41,550 nucleotides of DNA from a virus. Taxonomy: Duplodnaviria; Caudoviricetes. Positions 15,564-24,575 of this stretch are shown here, piece by piece. Numbering within the stretch: position 1 is the first letter of the stretch; every line of letters begins with the position of its first letter. The notes under the pieces were generated by a model. It did not search any database, was not told where the DNA came from, and saw nothing but the letters and a program-made list of their open reading frames with translations. A program made the translations under genes and the position numbers. The DNA is taken from positions 1-41,550 of the IMG/VR virus record IMGVR_UViG_3300037991_000803; one strand, written 5' to 3'.

Positions 15564-16507
15564 GCGAAGAAGAAAATAAAAACGTAATCCAACCAGAGGT
15601 TGATGAAGTTGAGGTTGAGGTAGTTGATTCACAAGAAGCAGCAACCGCAACAACAAAGGAAGATGAATTAGAAAGCTACACCAAAGGTGTTTCTAAAAGA
15701 ATAAACAAACTAAACGAAAGAAATCGTTTAGCAGAAGAAAAAGCAGCAAGATTAGAAATTGCTTTGCAGGAAAAAGAACAGTTAGTAAATACTTATTACA
15801 ACCATGCTGCTCAAAGTCAAGCAAATCTTTTAGCAAAAGAAGAAGAGGCAGTTCAATCTAAAGAAAGAGAGGCAGATGAGTTGTATAAAAAAGCTCATGC
15901 TTCTGGTGATGCAGGCTTAATGTCAAAAGCTGATACTTTAAAGAGTGAATTAGCCATACAAAAGGAAAAAGTAAGAATTGCCAAACAAAAGCAAGAACAA
16001 TCTTTTCAACAACAACCTGTACAACAATCTGTACAACAACAACCTGTACAACAACAACCTGTACAACAGGCACAACCAGAAGCACAGCCTAGTGAACAGG
16101 CTTTAGAATGGAAAGCTAACAAAAAGTGGTTTGGTGATCAAACAGACGCTAATAATGTACAAGCAACTCAGTTTGCTATGTTTACACATTACAATTTAAT
16201 CAACGAAGGATATGAAGCTGACTCAGATGAATATTATCAAGAGTTAGATTCAAGAATTTATAAAGTTTATCCTGATTTAGAATCAGGAGAAGTCGAGCAA
16301 AAAGAGGGCAGGCCCGCTGTGCAAAGAGTCGCCTCTGCTTCCGTAGGAAGTCGGCAGAAAACACAAGGCAAAAAGAACGGTGTAACGTTTTCTAAAGCAG
16401 AAGTCGAACGCCTAAGAGGATTGAAACCACACAATATGTCGGAAGACATGTGGTTAAAATCTGTTGCTAAAGAAAAACAGAAAATAGCTACTAGGGAGGC
16501 AAAATGA
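15560..16507 (+). CDS. Putative capsid scaffolding protein
   Basis: Acidic N-terminus, long coiled coil, position between portal and capsid genes. Confidence 0.6.
   Translation: MSEEENKNVIQPEVDEVEVEVVDSQEAATATTKEDELESYTKGVSKRINKLNERNRLAEEKAARLEIALQEKEQLVNTYYNHAAQSQANLLAKEEEAVQSKEREADELYKKAHASGDAGLMSKADTLKSELAIQKEKVRIAKQKQEQSFQQQPVQQSVQQQPVQQQPVQQAQPEAQPSEQALEWKANKKWFGDQTDANNVQATQFAMFTHYNLINEGYEADSDEYYQELDSRIYKVYPDLESGEVEQKEGRPAVQRVASASVGSRQKTQGKKNGVTFSKAEVERLRGLKPHNMSEDMWLKSVAKEKQKIATREAK
16007..16068 (+). repeat. Coding tandem repeat (QQQPV)n
   Basis: caacaacctgta / caacaatctgta units. Confidence 0.7.
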
Positions 16508-16983
16508 CGGACGTTAAAGAAGACTTAACACATTCCAGAAATTCTCGTGAATCCGAGTCACACGATAAAAACACTCGTAGACAACCATGGAGGCCAGTAA
16601 GAAAACTTGAAACTCCACCTGCACCAGAAGGATATGAATATCGTTGGATAAGAGAATCCATGCTGGGACAAGAGGATAGAGCAAATGTAAGTAGAAGACT
16701 TAGAGAAGGCTGGGAACTCGTAAGAGGAACAGATCTTCCTTCTGAGTTTGAATACCCAACTGCTGATTCAGGAAGACATGCTGGTTTAGTTTATAGTGAT
16801 GGTTTGCTGTTAGCAAAAATACCTGTCGAGACTCGTATGGAGCGTAATGCTTACTACGAAGAAGAAACTCGCCGTAAAAAGGAAGCATTAGACAATAATA
16901 TGTTTAATGAATCCAGAAAAGACGGTAGGTATGTCAAGTATGATGCTAATAGAAAAACCGATGTTACTTTTGGGAAAAAGTAA
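16504..16983 (+). CDS. Hypothetical head-module protein
   Basis: GGGAGG SD; PPAPEGYEYRWIRES...EGWELV motif. Confidence 0.75.
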   Translation: MTDVKEDLTHSRNSRESESHDKNTRRQPWRPVRKLETPPAPEGYEYRWIRESMLGQEDRANVSRRLREGWELVRGTDLPSEFEYPTADSGRHAGLVYSDGLLLAKIPVETRMERNAYYEEETRRKKEALDNNMFNESRKDGRYVKYDANRKTDVTFGKK

Positions 16984-17009
16984 TATTTAACAAATAGAGG
17001 TATAATAAA

Positions 17010-17597
17010 ATGGCTAATAAAGATAGCGCATTTGGATGTAGACCTGTTCGTTATATGAGTGGTGCACCTTGGTCTGGCGGTCAAAGCCGTTACAGAATTG
17101 CAAGTGGAGCAACTACACCTATATTCCAAGGCGACTTGGTTACACAGCTTACTGCTGGGGTGATAGGGCGACATACCGCAACTGGAACCGTTCCGATTGT
17201 CGGAGTTTTCAATGGTGTTCAATACACTGATCCAACTACGGGCGAACAAGTCTTCAAAAATTATTATCCAGGCAGTATTGCTGCTTCGGATATAATCGCA
17301 AGCGTCGTTGATGATCCTAATGTTGTTTTTGAAGTACAAGCTGATGCAGCTTTTCCTGTAGCAGACTTGTTCGGAAATTTCGACATTGTTGATGGATCAC
17401 CTGTCGGCGATACTAAGTCTGGGAGATCTAACCTAGAGCTTGATGTAACAACTGGAGCAACTACTGCTACATTGCCACTGAAAGCGTTAGATATTTCTCA
17501 GGATGTTGATAATGACGATGTTTCATCGTCCAATACTAATGTCCTTTGTGTCATACAGAATCATATTTGTGGACAAAAAGGTGCTGGTTTAGCATAA
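17010..17597 (+). CDS. Putative capsid decoration/cement protein
   Basis: Beta-rich, 195 aa, directly upstream of the major capsid gene; GAGG SD. Confidence 0.6.
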   Translation: MANKDSAFGCRPVRYMSGAPWSGGQSRYRIASGATTPIFQGDLVTQLTAGVIGRHTATGTVPIVGVFNGVQYTDPTTGEQVFKNYYPGSIAASDIIASVVDDPNVVFEVQADAAFPVADLFGNFDIVDGSPVGDTKSGRSNLELDVTTGATTATLPLKALDISQDVDNDDVSSSNTNVLCVIQNHICGQKGAGLA

Positions 17598-17608
17598 GGA
17601 GATAAATA

Positions 17609-18526
17609 ATGGCAATTTCAAGAGCACAACTAGCGAAAGAGCTAGAACCTGGTTTAAATTCATTGTTTGGTCTTTCTTATGATGAATACGACCGAGAATA
17701 CGAAGACATCTTTGTAATTGAAGACTCAAATAGAGCCTTTGAAGAAGAAGTCCTTGTAGCAGGTTTTGGTTCTGCACCAGTAAAATCAGAAGGTCAAGGA
17801 GTTCAATTTGATAGCTCATCAGAAAGTTACAGCGCAAGATATACCCACGATACCGTGGCACTAGCTTTTGCTTTAACCGAAGAGGCAATTGAAGATAATC
17901 TTTATGACAGTCTGGGTAAGCGATATGTTAAAGCATTAGCAAAATCTATGGCTAACACTAAGGAAGTCAAAGGTGCTGATGTGTTGAATAACGCTTTCTC
18001 ATCTAGTTTCACTGGAGGAGACGGTGTATCTCTTATTAACAGCTCACATCCACTTGCAGGTGGAGGTACAGCTGCTAATAGAGCAACAACAATGGCTGAC
18101 CTTAATGAGGCTTCATTAGAAGACGCATTAATTGACATTTCTACTTTCACAGATGACAGAGGTCTTACAATTTCTGTTCAGGCTGACAAACTTGTGGTTC
18201 CACCACAGTTAGTGTTTGTTGCTGACAGAATTTTAAACTCTCAACAAAGATCTGGTACAGCTGATAATGATATCAACGCAATCAAAAATACAGGTGTTAT
18301 GCCTGGCGGTTACGTTGTGAACCATTATCTTTCTGATCCAGATGCTTTCTTTATCTTAACTTCCGTAAACAGTATGGGTGACGGTCTTAAAATGTTCCAA
18401 AGATCTCCAATGGAGACATCAATGGAACCAGACTTCTCTACTGGGAACATAAGATATAAAGCGCGTGAAAGATATTCATTTGGTTTCTCTGATTGGAGAG
18501 GAATCTATGGATCACAGGGTGCATAA
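17609..18526 (+). CDS. Major capsid protein
   Basis: 305 aa; ELEPGLN, TEEAIEDNLY, LVVPPQL, YKARERYSFG; strong SD and downstream terminator. Confidence 0.88.
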   Translation: MAISRAQLAKELEPGLNSLFGLSYDEYDREYEDIFVIEDSNRAFEEEVLVAGFGSAPVKSEGQGVQFDSSSESYSARYTHDTVALAFALTEEAIEDNLYDSLGKRYVKALAKSMANTKEVKGADVLNNAFSSSFTGGDGVSLINSSHPLAGGGTAANRATTMADLNEASLEDALIDISTFTDDRGLTISVQADKLVVPPQLVFVADRILNSQQRSGTADNDINAIKNTGVMPGGYVVNHYLSDPDAFFILTSVNSMGDGLKMFQRSPMETSMEPDFSTGNIRYKARERYSFGFSDWRGIYGSQGA

Positions 18527-18562
18527 TTTGAAGTCGTAATACACTTTAATACTCAGTATTAC

Positions 18563-18589
18563 AAAGGGCCCTAATCGGGCCCTTTTTTT
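18563..18589 (+). terminator. Intrinsic terminator after the capsid gene
   Basis: AAAGGGCCC-TAATC-GGGCCC followed by T7. Confidence 0.9.
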
Positions 18590-18614
18590 GTCTTAAAATA
18601 ATGTATATAAATAT

Positions 18615-18673
18615 TTGCAAACACTTGCATATTTGTGCATAAATTGTATTATATATATGTGGGATATTTAATT
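18615..18673 (+). promoter_or_regulatory. Sigma70-like promoter with 10-bp phased TGCA repeats
   Basis: TTGCAT 18625 - 16 bp - TATTAT 18647; followed by ATGTGGGATATTTAATT, which recurs at 39803. Confidence 0.7.
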
Positions 18674-18771
18674 TACAGAGCAAAAAGGGAGGCCTCAGAA
18701 AGACTTGAGATTTACCTTCCTTTTGTAAACGTCTTTGTTTTTTGTTTGATTCTCGCAATAGGAGGTTTTTA

Positions 18772-19014
18772 ATGAGTGAAAGAGAAAGTAGAAGAGCTTT
18801 TTTTCAAGAGCTTTGGTACAGAAACTGGGTAGACCAAGGTAGAGAAGATGTAGGAACTTGCACGGTAGGTAATTGCATAGAAATAGTTGGTTGTGGAACA
18901 ATATATCCACCAGTGCAAGGTAATCAAAGTGCATGGAACGCAGCACAACCTCTTTTAGAAGTGTTAGAAGAAGAAGGTTGTGGTTATGAATATATAAGTG
19001 GGAGAATGGATTAA
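18772..19014 (+). CDS. Hypothetical protein (inserted cassette)
   Basis: AGGAGG SD before ATG 18772. Confidence 0.75.
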   Translation: MSERESRRAFFQELWYRNWVDQGREDVGTCTVGNCIEIVGCGTIYPPVQGNQSAWNAAQPLLEVLEEEGCGYEYISGRMD

Positions 19015-19015
19015 G

Positions 19016-19210
19016 ATGGCAGGAATACAAGATTATACGACATGTCCTTGTTGTGATAACGATGAAGCTACATATTATTACGACAGTTGGGACAGAGAAG
19101 AAACGATTAACTGTAGTGAATGTGGTTACGAAGCATCACAGACTATGTCTGAGGAGTTTGAAAGAAGAAGAAGAACGGAAGGTTCATTAAGTGGAGGATT
19201 TTACAGATGA
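19016..19210 (+). CDS. Zinc-ribbon protein
   Basis: CPCC...CSECG; GGGAG SD. Confidence 0.7.
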   Translation: MAGIQDYTTCPCCDNDEATYYYDSWDREETINCSECGYEASQTMSEEFERRRRTEGSLSGGFYR

Positions 19211-19461
19211 ATGATATAAAAACTATAGAAATGCTCGGTGAAGAGTGGAACGCGACAAGGCCTTACGACGTTGAGGGCGACAATCTGACAACTTTAGCAG
19301 AAGTGTTACAAAAGTGGGAAGCTAGAGCAGACCGATTCAAAGGTCTTTTAATATATGAAGATTCAAGTATGACAAATCAGAAACTTTTAGAAAAACTCAA
19401 TGCTATTGTAAAAGAAATGGTTATAAATAAATTTAATGATGAGTATGAAAAAAGGAAATAA
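19207..19461 (+). CDS. Hypothetical protein
   Basis: GGAGG SD, ATGA overlap. Confidence 0.7.
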   Translation: MNDIKTIEMLGEEWNATRPYDVEGDNLTTLAEVLQKWEARADRFKGLLIYEDSSMTNQKLLEKLNAIVKEMVINKFNDEYEKRK

Positions 19462-19482
19462 GGTAGATGTTAGGTAATACAG

Positions 19483-19758
19483 ATGAATGATGCAGTAGAC
19501 TATATACCATGCAACAATCCAAAACCAAAGGCTATTAGCCATGGTTTACCATACAATAGAGGTAGGGCTGATAGCTGGTACGAAAGAGACATTAATCCAC
19601 ACTATTATCCAAATGGTACTTACAAAGAACCAAGAATAGATCTTAAAGATATGACCAAAGATCAAATAGATGCTTACATCAAAGGTTATAACGATATCAA
19701 AGCAGAAGGCAGCAAACCTATGACGTTCAAGGAATTACATAATGAGGGGTTATTTTAA
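19483..19758 (+). CDS. Hypothetical phage protein
   Basis: PYNRGRADSWY..PHYY...AYIKGY motif. Confidence 0.7.
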   Translation: MNDAVDYIPCNNPKPKAISHGLPYNRGRADSWYERDINPHYYPNGTYKEPRIDLKDMTKDQIDAYIKGYNDIKAEGSKPMTFKELHNEGLF

Positions 19759-19759
19759 A

Positions 19760-20296
19760 ATGTTAGGTAATTTGGGTAACGCAAGAATATTTGTAGACAT
19801 GGACGGAGTGCTCGCTGATTTTGTGAGAGGAGTAGAAGGACCTAAATTTTTAAATGGTCCCTTAGTCAGCGAGCAAACCTATGACGATAGAAAAATCGAA
19901 TTAAGCAATAAAGGTCTATTCAGAGAGTTGCCAATTATGCCTGGCATGGAAAAACTAATTGCATACATTAAAAATACAGGCATACCTTGGGAGATACTAA
20001 CAGCTTCTGGATCTTTAAATAGAGACGTTGTAGCTAAAGATAAAGTTTACTGGATAAACAAATATGTAGATTCAAAAGTTTTTATCACTGCAACCATTAA
20101 AGGTGAGGATAAAGCGGCTTTTGCTAAACCTGACTATATACTTATCGACGACAGAAAATCTAATATCAGAGCTTGGGAAGAAGCAGGCGGCATTGGCATT
20201 TTATACAGAGGTGTAGATGGCGCAATCAATCAACTAGATGATGTCTTTTATCAAATGGGTAAGGCTTGTTTAGTTGCACAAAGTACAGCCAAATAG
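19760..20296 (+). CDS. HAD-family 5'(3')-nucleotidase-like protein (NT5C-like)
   Basis: IFVDMDGVLADF, EILTA, K.YW, ILIDDRKSNI..WEEAGGIGI. Confidence 0.85.
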   Translation: MLGNLGNARIFVDMDGVLADFVRGVEGPKFLNGPLVSEQTYDDRKIELSNKGLFRELPIMPGMEKLIAYIKNTGIPWEILTASGSLNRDVVAKDKVYWINKYVDSKVFITATIKGEDKAAFAKPDYILIDDRKSNIRAWEEAGGIGILYRGVDGAINQLDDVFYQMGKACLVAQSTAK

Positions 20297-20302
20297 TATT
20301 AT
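20274..20302 (+). promoter_or_regulatory. Sigma70-like promoter restarting structural transcription
   Basis: TTGCAC - 17 bp - TATTAT. Confidence 0.65.
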
Positions 20303-20367
20303 CAGACTTGTAGAAATGATTGTTGCGAGCATGGTGCTCGCAATGGCTAATTTTATAGGAGGCTGAT
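20301..20367 (+). promoter_or_regulatory. Long leader hairpin covering the SD of the 20369 gene
   Basis: Perfect core TTGCGAGCA-TGG-TGCTCGCAA extended by G-U-rich pairing into ATAGGAGG. Confidence 0.6.
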
Positions 20368-20368
20368 T

Positions 20369-21079
20369 ATGACTACACATTTTAGTTCTGGCGTAACAAA
20401 CGTCAGCTCAACTGGCTCTGAAAGCCTGATAAAACAACCAAGTAGGCACAAGTATCACGAATACTTTAATGACTTCGATGTTTATACAGCAGGTGATTGG
20501 ACAATTACGACGACAGAAGACGGAACAGGATCCGCTGCTGAAGCATTAATCGACGGAGACGGCGGTTTATTAGAAATTACTAATGCAGCTGGTGACAATG
20601 ACCACGACTTCTTTCAACTTAAAAAAGAAGGCTTTAAATATGAAGCAGGAAAACAAATAGCGTTTTTCTACAGATTTAAAGCAAATGATGCTACACAATC
20701 TGATATTGTTGCTGGTTTACAATTAACCGACACAACACCATTAGATGTTACTGATGGTATTTTCTTTTTAAAAGCAGACGGTGCTGCAACAATAGATTTT
20801 GTTGTTGAAAAAGATAGTTCGCAATCTACTTTAACTTTGCCGAACTCTTTAGAAGATGACACATTTATGACTATAGGTTTTGTTTACAATCCTAAAGATC
20901 AGAAGTTTCATGTTTATCAAAACAATGTTCAAGCTGGTACTGTAGTAAATACTAATGCACCAGATGATGAAGAACTAAACGTAAGTTTTGGTATTCAAAA
21001 TGGCGCTGCTGCTGCAAAAGTTTTAACAGTAGACTATGTACATGCTCTTAAAGAGCGTACTGCTGTTACAGAGCTTTAA
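20369..21079 (+). CDS. Putative virion protein (beta-sandwich/lectin-like)
   Basis: MTTHFSSGVTNV start, acidic and beta-rich, AGGAGG SD. Confidence 0.6.
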   Translation: MTTHFSSGVTNVSSTGSESLIKQPSRHKYHEYFNDFDVYTAGDWTITTTEDGTGSAAEALIDGDGGLLEITNAAGDNDHDFFQLKKEGFKYEAGKQIAFFYRFKANDATQSDIVAGLQLTDTTPLDVTDGIFFLKADGAATIDFVVEKDSSQSTLTLPNSLEDDTFMTIGFVYNPKDQKFHVYQNNVQAGTVVNTNAPDDEELNVSFGIQNGAAAAKVLTVDYVHALKERTAVTEL

Positions 21080-21089
21080 GGAGTAAACC

Positions 21090-21494
21090 ATGGCTGATAC
21101 AGTAACAAGTCAAACTATCCAAGATGGTGAAAAACTAGCAATAGTAAAATTCACTAACGAAAGCGATGGCACAGGAGAATCCTCAGTAAAAAAAGTTGAT
21201 GTTTCTGCTTTAAGCAAAGACAGCAGAGGAAGATCTTGCAGTTCTGTATCTATATCAAGAATATATTGGGCCTGTAGAGGTATGGGCGTTGACATAGAGT
21301 TTGACGCCTCTACCAATGTATTAGCAATACCTTTACCAGCGGATAGCACTGGTGACGAATACTACGATTTATTTAGTGGTATTCCGAACAATGCAGGATC
21401 CGGGGTGACGGGAGATATAGACTTTACTACTGTTGCACATAGTAACGGCGATGCTTATTCGATCATCTTGGTTTTGAATAAAAACTACTCATAA
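21090..21494 (+). CDS. Putative virion protein
   Basis: AAGGAG SD; MADTVTSQTIQDG...TGDIDFTT. Confidence 0.65.
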   Translation: MADTVTSQTIQDGEKLAIVKFTNESDGTGESSVKKVDVSALSKDSRGRSCSSVSISRIYWACRGMGVDIEFDASTNVLAIPLPADSTGDEYYDLFSGIPNNAGSGVTGDIDFTTVAHSNGDAYSIILVLNKNYS

Positions 21495-21502
21495 ATATAT
21501 TG

Positions 21503-21527
21503 GGCGGTCGTAAAGACCGCCTTTTTT
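21503..21527 (+). terminator. Intrinsic terminator
   Basis: GGCGGTC-GTAAA-GACCGCC followed by T6. Confidence 0.85.
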
Positions 21528-21530
21528 AAT

Positions 21531-21854
21531 ATGGCGGTAAAAAAAAGAGCAAGTAAAAAAGATCCTAGACTAGCAAGAGCTGGTGTAAGTGGTTTTAATA
21601 AACCAAAAAGAACGCCTAAACATCCGACCAAATCACATGTTGTTGTTGCCAAACAAGGCAGCAAAATAAAAACCATAAGATTCGGTCAGCAAGGTAAAAA
21701 GGTAGGAACATTAAAGGGCACTGCTGGAGCTCCAAAAAAAGGCGAGTCAGCCAGAATGAAAGCAAAAAGAAAATCATTTAAGGCTAGACATGCAAAAAAT
21801 ATAAAAAGAGGTCCTATGTCAGCAGCATATTGGGCCGATAAGGTTAAGTGGTAA
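21531..21854 (+). CDS. Highly basic hypothetical protein
   Basis: KTIRFGQQG, RKSFKARH, SAAYWADKVKW. Confidence 0.8.
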   Translation: MAVKKRASKKDPRLARAGVSGFNKPKRTPKHPTKSHVVVAKQGSKIKTIRFGQQGKKVGTLKGTAGAPKKGESARMKAKRKSFKARHAKNIKRGPMSAAYWADKVKW

Positions 21855-21855
21855 T

Positions 21856-22305
21856 ATGGCACAAAAGAAAATTAATAAAGTTGTTAGGCAATTAAAAAAA
21901 GCTAGTAAATTACATGCTGGTCAAGCTAAAACACTCGAAGCAATTAAATTAAAAAAAGGTGGCGCACCATCAAATGTTGCAAACCCATCTATTTATGCAA
22001 GAGCTAAAGCGAAAGCAAAAGCGAAGTTTGATGTCTATCCGTCGGCTTATGCCAATGCTTATATGGTTAAAGAGTATAAAAAAATGGGCGGCAAATACAA
22101 AGGCGCTAAGAAAAAAGCAGCAGGAGGCGAAATGAGTTTAAAACCTATACCAGCCGATAACAAAGGACTGCCAAAGTTACCAAAAAAAGTAAGAAACAAA
22201 ATGGGTTTCATGCGTAGCGGTGGTGAAGTAATGATGGTCCAGGGCAGAGGTTGTGGCGCTATGATGAATAGCAAACGCAAAAAAACTAGAGTGCCTAAAT
22301 CTTAA
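21856..22305 (+). CDS. Highly basic hypothetical protein
   Basis: YPSAYANAYMVKEYKKMGGKY; RGCGA motif. Confidence 0.8.
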   Translation: MAQKKINKVVRQLKKASKLHAGQAKTLEAIKLKKGGAPSNVANPSIYARAKAKAKAKFDVYPSAYANAYMVKEYKKMGGKYKGAKKKAAGGEMSLKPIPADNKGLPKLPKKVRNKMGFMRSGGEVMMVQGRGCGAMMNSKRKKTRVPKS

Positions 22306-22592
22306 TGAGAAAAAAAAGAGATCCAAAGGTAGGGACTGGTAAAAAACCAAAAGGATCTGGTAGAAGGCTTTATACGGACGAAAATCCGAAAGATACAGTC
22401 AGTATAAAATTTAAAACCATGGCAGACGCTACGGCTACAGTAAATAAAGTCAAAAGAATAAAAAAACCTTTTGCTAGAAAAATACAAATTTTGACTGTAG
22501 GAGAACAAAGAGCCAAGGTTATGGGCAAAAAAGGTGTAGCGGACATATTTAGAAAAGGCAAAGAACAAATAAGAAAAACTAGAAAAAAATGA
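22305..22592 (+). CDS. Highly basic hypothetical protein
   Basis: GTGKKPKGSGRRLYTDENPKDTV. Confidence 0.8.
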   Translation: MRKKRDPKVGTGKKPKGSGRRLYTDENPKDTVSIKFKTMADATATVNKVKRIKKPFARKIQILTVGEQRAKVMGKKGVADIFRKGKEQIRKTRKK

Positions 22593-22891
22593 GTTTAACT
22601 AAATGGTTTAAAGAAGATTGGGTAGACATTGGATCTCCAAAGAAAGGTGGAGGTTACAAAAAATGTGGCAGATCTAAACAAAAAGCAGATGCTAAAAGAA
22701 AATACCCAAAATGCGTACCAGCTGCTAAAGCAGCTCGTATGAGTAAATCACAAATCAAATCTGCGGTCCGCAGAAAAAGAGCAAAACCTCAAGGAGTTGG
22801 TGGAAAACCAACCAATGTTAAAACTTTTGCAAAAAATGGTGGTATGATAAGATCAAGAAAACCTAATATGGGTTTGTATGGCAGGAGCTAA
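22589..22891 (+). CDS. Highly basic hypothetical protein
   Basis: LTKWFKEDWVDI, CGR, YPKCVP. Confidence 0.8.
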   Translation: MSLTKWFKEDWVDIGSPKKGGGYKKCGRSKQKADAKRKYPKCVPAAKAARMSKSQIKSAVRRKRAKPQGVGGKPTNVKTFAKNGGMIRSRKPNMGLYGRS

Positions 22892-22893
22892 TT

Positions 22894-23157
22894 ATGAAAA
22901 AATCTAAATACATGGCTAAAGGCGGCAGTATGAAAAAGTCTAAGTACATGGCTAAAGGTGGTGCAGCTGCGAAAGCAGAAAGAGCTGCTATGAATGTTGG
23001 TAATATGCCAGCATCTGTTATGTCTGCTTTGATGGGATCTGGCGCTAGAGCACTAGGTCAAGCAGCTAAATTGAAAGGCACAAAAGGCATGGCCAAAGGC
23101 GGTGGTATGAAAAAATCTAAGTACATGGCCAAAGGTGGCGGCTTGTACCGCAAGTAA
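22894..23157 (+). CDS. Basic protein with MKKSKYMAKGG repeats
   Basis: Three full copies plus GMAKGG; AGGAG SD. Confidence 0.8.
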   Translation: MKKSKYMAKGGSMKKSKYMAKGGAAAKAERAAMNVGNMPASVMSALMGSGARALGQAAKLKGTKGMAKGGGMKKSKYMAKGGGLYRK

Positions 23158-23181
23158 AATTTTTTTCATACATTAAATAAA

Positions 23182-23877
23182 GTGGCGTATTTAATATCAA
23201 ACGTACCGCAGTTTAAATGCTGGGTACGAAAAGAATTTACAGCAAATCATCAAGATTATCATGGTGAGTATTTGCATGCTTTGGTTTTTGCAGTAAACAC
23301 CATTCCAGATAGATCTCTCTCATTTCAAGTCGTTTTCACTGGTTGTGAAACTGATTTTGAAGATTATCCAGACGAAAACATACATGGTGGTGCAATGTGG
23401 GCTAGGATGCCCATACAAGCTCTTATAGCTGATATACCACTACCAGAGTGGCCCAAGCCCATGGAAGATCATTTGGCGCAACCATGGGACTGTCTGAGCC
23501 ATCATCATAGCGTGGTTATTTTAGATCGCGTAAGTTCAAGTCCCTGGTATTGCAAAATAGATGGTAAATTTTACCTAGGCAAATACATGTTTACAGTGGA
23601 CTACACCGATCATTCAATAGCGGATGATCCAGCTCAACACAAACAATCCCATGTGCTATACTTGACGGACGCTGGTCCTTACACTGGTAATTTTGTGGCT
23701 TTACCTAACAATCGAGTTAGAGCAACAAATCCAGCTTTGTGGAGAACAGGAGAAGGTGCTCCAGACTTTTCACCTTCGCAATGGATCCACTCAGCAGAGC
23801 AGCATGAGAGCTATACAGATCCGATCAAAACATTTGACAATTTGTACGCTCCGCAAGAAGATAAAGAAGAGGAATAG
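23182..23877 (+). CDS. Hypothetical phage protein
   Basis: GTG start; GGAMWARMP, QPWDC, HKQSH, ALPNNR. Confidence 0.8.
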   Translation: MAYLISNVPQFKCWVRKEFTANHQDYHGEYLHALVFAVNTIPDRSLSFQVVFTGCETDFEDYPDENIHGGAMWARMPIQALIADIPLPEWPKPMEDHLAQPWDCLSHHHSVVILDRVSSSPWYCKIDGKFYLGKYMFTVDYTDHSIADDPAQHKQSHVLYLTDAGPYTGNFVALPNNRVRATNPALWRTGEGAPDFSPSQWIHSAEQHESYTDPIKTFDNLYAPQEDKEEE

Positions 23878-23879
23878 TT

Positions 23880-24575
23880 ATGGCAACATCTGGAAGTAAA
23901 GATTTTGAGCTAGACGTAGCAGAATACGTTGAAGAGGCTTTTGAAAGATGCGGTCTTGAATTACGTACTGGTTATGATCTTAAAAGTGCAACCAGGAGTT
24001 TAAATTTGATGTTAGCAGAATGGGCAAACAGAGGTTTAAATCAATGGTCCATCAAAGAAAAATCAGTTTCTTTGGTAAAAGATACCAAAACCTACAATAT
24101 AGACACTTCAAATGCTACGGCACCAATTGACGTTTTAGATGTTTTTATCAGAGAAACTGTAGGATCCGAAGTTACCGATATACCTATGACCAGGCTAAGT
24201 AGAGCTGAGTATTCACATATCACGACAAAATCTAGCACTGGTAAACCAAATCAATTTTTTGTCAACAAACAATTAACACCAACTATTTCAGTTTGGCCAG
24301 CTCCAGACAAGTCAAGCACATATACCATACACATGAATGTTCTGACTAGAATGGACGATGCAGACGCAGGAGCAAATACGCTTGACCTACCTTTTAGGTT
24401 TTACCCTTGTTTGGCAGCTGGTCTTGCTTACTACTTATCACTAAAAAGAGCACCAGAGAGAACACAACTATTAAAAACTTTATACGAGGACGAATTTGCT
24501 AGAGCTTTAGCACAAGATGAAGATAGAGCATCATTCAGAGTTTCACCAAGTTTAAGGAGTTATAACAACGCATAA
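23880..24575 (+). CDS. Putative head-tail adaptor/connector
   Basis: EEAFERCG, RSLNLMLAEWANRGLN, VWPAPD, P.RFYPCLAAGLAYY; position. Confidence 0.65.
   Translation: MATSGSKDFELDVAEYVEEAFERCGLELRTGYDLKSATRSLNLMLAEWANRGLNQWSIKEKSVSLVKDTKTYNIDTSNATAPIDVLDVFIRETVGSEVTDIPMTRLSRAEYSHITTKSSTGKPNQFFVNKQLTPTISVWPAPDKSSTYTIHMNVLTRMDDADAGANTLDLPFRFYPCLAAGLAYYLSLKRAPERTQLLKTLYEDEFARALAQDEDRASFRVSPSLRSYNNA

Noticed and set aside
16330-16358. Hairpin TCTGCTTCC-GTA-GGAAGTCGGCAGA in the scaffold gene
   Set aside because: Short, inside coding sequence, no U-tract or other support
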